Below are positions 60,961 through 64,000 of a stretch of DNA of 64,000 nt, piece by piece (within the stretch, counting starts at the first letter, position 1; each line of letters begins with the position of its first letter). The notes below the pieces were generated by a model that had not been told where the DNA came from, made no database searches, and saw only the letters and a program-made list of their open reading frames with translations. The DNA is from Blasia pusilla (lineage: Eukaryota): assembly GCA_050084515.1 (NCBI GenBank), contig CM114271.1, positions 38,626,001 to 38,690,000 of the forward strand. The letters are read 5' to 3'. The position numbers and the translations under genes are program-made.

Positions 60961-63900
60961 ATTGAGAGAAGAAATGGAGGCTGATCCCCTTCTCAATTAT
61001 ATAGGGTATGTACAAGCAACCCTAACCCTTATCTTAACCATAGTCTCGAGTTAGACTAACTAGGATTAACTAACCCTAGTTAAGATAATCGCGCTTAACT
61101 GACTAACCAAGATTAAGCTTCCCTATTTGGTGTGAGTATCAAATATAGCAGTTCAGGTGTCTCATGATCTTGATTGTAACTCAGTCTTCAATACTCCCCC
61201 TCAAGCTCATATCGATATCTCTAACGTCTAAATCGTTTCTAAACATCTCAAACTTATCTCTAGAAAATGCCTTTGTAAAGATGTCACCAATTTGTAATTC
61301 TGTATCTATATACACAAGATCAATTTCTTTTGCAAGCACTTTCTCTCTGACAAAATGATAGTGCACCTCAACATGTTTTGTACGAGCATGAAACACAAGA
61401 TTATTAGCAAGCTTGATGCTACTAATATTGTCTACATACATTACACTAGGTCCTAAGTTACTTACACCAATCTCAACAAGTAATCGATGAAGCCACACCG
61501 CCTTACATGCTGCATTGGTTGCTCCTATGTACTCAACTTTTATTGAAGATAATGCAACTGTAGGTTGCTTCTTTGAAGCCGAACTTATAGCTGCGCTTCC
61601 CAAAATAAATGAATAATCAGATGTGGAGTGTCGATCAGACAAGCTTCCTGCCCAATCAACATTTGTGAATCCCTATAATTATAAACTCAAAGTAGGTTCA
61701 AATTGAAGCGTGAATTGAACATAGAATTTCACATACCGCATAATCCTCCTCATAGCAGCAAGATGAGGTTTTCGAGGTGCTTGCATAAATTGGCTCACTA
61801 GGCCAAATGCATAGCTTAAATCTGGCCTGGTTATAGTCAGTTAGATCAAACTTCCAACCATGCGCCTACACATATTAGAATCTGCAAGCAACTCTCCTTC
61901 ATCCACTCTTAGCTTCACACTCTGGTCCAACCGTATAGAGATTGGCTTACTAGCCATCATACCATATTTTGAAAGCATGTGAAGATCATATTATTGTTGT
62001 AGTAACCATATGCTCTCTCCAACCTTCATAAATTCAACACCAAGGAAGTACTTGAGTTCTCCCAAATCCTTCATATCAAATTCTGCCAGTAAGTTTAGCT
62101 TGACTTGTTGTACCATATCCTCAATACTCCCAATAATCAAGAGGTCGTCGACATACAAAAAAATAAGAACCGTATGATCCTGTTCTCTTAAGACATATAA
62201 CAAGGAGTCAGAATCACATACCCTAAAATCCAACTCTTGTAGGACGTATGTAATCTTGCCATACCAAGCTCTTGGAGCTTGTTTGAGCCCGTATAGAGCT
62301 TTCTTCTACCTGCATACGCGAAATGGAAACTTGGGATGCTCGTATCCAAGTATTTGAGTCATATATACCTCCTCATATAGATCTTCATTCAAGAAGGCAT
62401 TCTTGACATCCATGTGATATAATCTCCACTTCTTACTTACTGCAACTACAACCATTGTTCTGGTAGTCGCCATCTTTACAACATGACTAAATATTTCCTC
62501 ATAATCGATGCCATATTGTTGTGTATAGTCCTTATTCACCAATCTTTCTTTGTATCTGTTAATTGTACCATCTTGATTGCGCTTGATTTTGTAAATCCAT
62601 TTGCAACCAATAGCTTCCTTACCCGAAGGTATATCAAGTCCCAGGTCTATTGATGTCTTAATGTAGCAAGCTCTTCCTCCATAGCTTCAGTCCATTCGAC
62701 TTTACTTGTAGCTTCTTCAAAACAACTCGGCTCCTGTTCTTGAAGGGTAGTCATCATATATGCATGATGTGTTGCAAGGAAATCTTCATTTATGAAGCTA
62801 TGAATAGCATGTGTGACTCTACTTGATCTACAAAGTTGTTATTCAGAGGTAGATGCCTCTGACACCTAACTCGAGCTCTGACTAGATCAAAAGACTAAAT
62901 ACATTATGTTCCCATCCATGGACTCACACATTTAACTCATGAATCTAGGACCTCTCTTAATCCTACATTAGTACTTAGGGAATTTGAAGGTAATGTCTGT
63001 TGGTTTGCAATCATATTCTCCCCCTGAACAGACCAGTTTAGAGGTGGAATAGGCTCAAATGGATCATACAATAACTTTAGCTCATCAAAGACAACGTCGT
63101 GACTAATTATAAGCTTCCTAGAAGATGGAATGTAGCACTTATATCCCTTAGTTCCATCAGCGTAGCCAATGAATATACATCTTTCAGATTTGGGGTGTAA
63201 TTTTTGACGTCTTTTAGAAGGAACATGAGCATAACAAATATAACCGAATACTTTCAAGAAAAGAAAACCAGATTTACTTCTTGTTAAGATTTCAAATGGA
63301 TTCTTATCATGAACTCATGTTGTTGGAGTTCGGTTGATTAAGAAGACTGCACATGCTACACCCTTTGCCTAATACACCTTAGGCATGTTCTTCTCATTCA
63401 ACATAGTTCGTGCCACCTCAATAATATGTGATTCTTCCTCTCAGCCACTCCATTTTGTTGTGGAGTGTAACGGCAAGTCACTTGACGGTGGATGCCATTC
63501 TGACCTAAATAATCATCAAAATCTACTGAAAGATACTCTTTTCCTCCATCACAACGCAATTTCAGAATGTGTTCTCCAGTCTGCTTCTCTACTAAAACTC
63601 TGAACGTTTGGTACAGTGAGAATACCTCTGACTTGGCTTTCAGAAAGTATATCCATATATACCTAGAGAAGTCATCAATAAATGAAAAAAAGTACGAATA
63701 ATCACGAATAATCAACTCTAATATCTTGGATGCTCTTCTACCTTTCTTTCGAAAAGGAAATCTAGCTTTTTTTCCAAATTGGCAAGGAGGACATACCTCC
63801 AACGTAGCAGGACTCGCTAATTTAGGAAGTCCTATTATTAGATTAGATGATGAAAGACTCTGTAATCTTTGAAGATTCATATGTCTAATTCTCTTATGCC

Positions 63901-64000
63901 ATATATTTAGATTTGTGACTTATTGGTTAGTTTAATCATACATTGCTGTTTGAATCTTTGGCATAGAAACATCTAATTTGAATATTCTGCCAGATCTAGT
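60961..64000 (-). mobile_element. Ty1/copia family A, copy 4 (integrase, RT, RNase H, PPT, truncated 3' LTR; continues beyond the window)
   Basis: Integrase YTPQQNGVAERKN; RT YHMDVKNAFLN and LYVDDLLI; RNase H FHARTKHVEVHYHFVRE; PPT GAGGGGGAG 61194-61202; LTR from 61193 down to about 60961, with its distal end missing. Confidence 0.93.

Overview
Land-plant nuclear DNA; gene style and TE content suggest a non-seed plant, which is inference only. An AT-rich, transposon-dense region surrounds a GC-richer gene island at about 39.3-53.9 kb. The island holds two intact, convergent intron-containing genes: an F-box/Sel1-like/MYND zinc-finger gene (+, 3 exons) and an organellar-type glyoxalase II (-, 8 exons). 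TEs: a hAT element with TIRs and a perfect 8-bp TSD (2634-7358); four copies or fragments of one Ty1/copia family (all minus strand); a second copia family nested in one of them plus its solo LTR; a decayed chromovirus; a CACTA fragment; a LINE RT fragment. No rRNA, tRNA or CRISPR found. Most notable: (1) a candidate three-exon upstream ORF with a 12-nt microexon, all phase 0, in the leader of the F-box/MYND gene; (2) an LTR-like repeat carrying an unrecognised ORF with a repeated MRVDYPSW motif and synonymous divergence; (3) an extra inverted right end inside the hAT, which itself appears to interrupt a host exon; (4) a duplicated GLX2 splice acceptor inactivated at exactly the AG.
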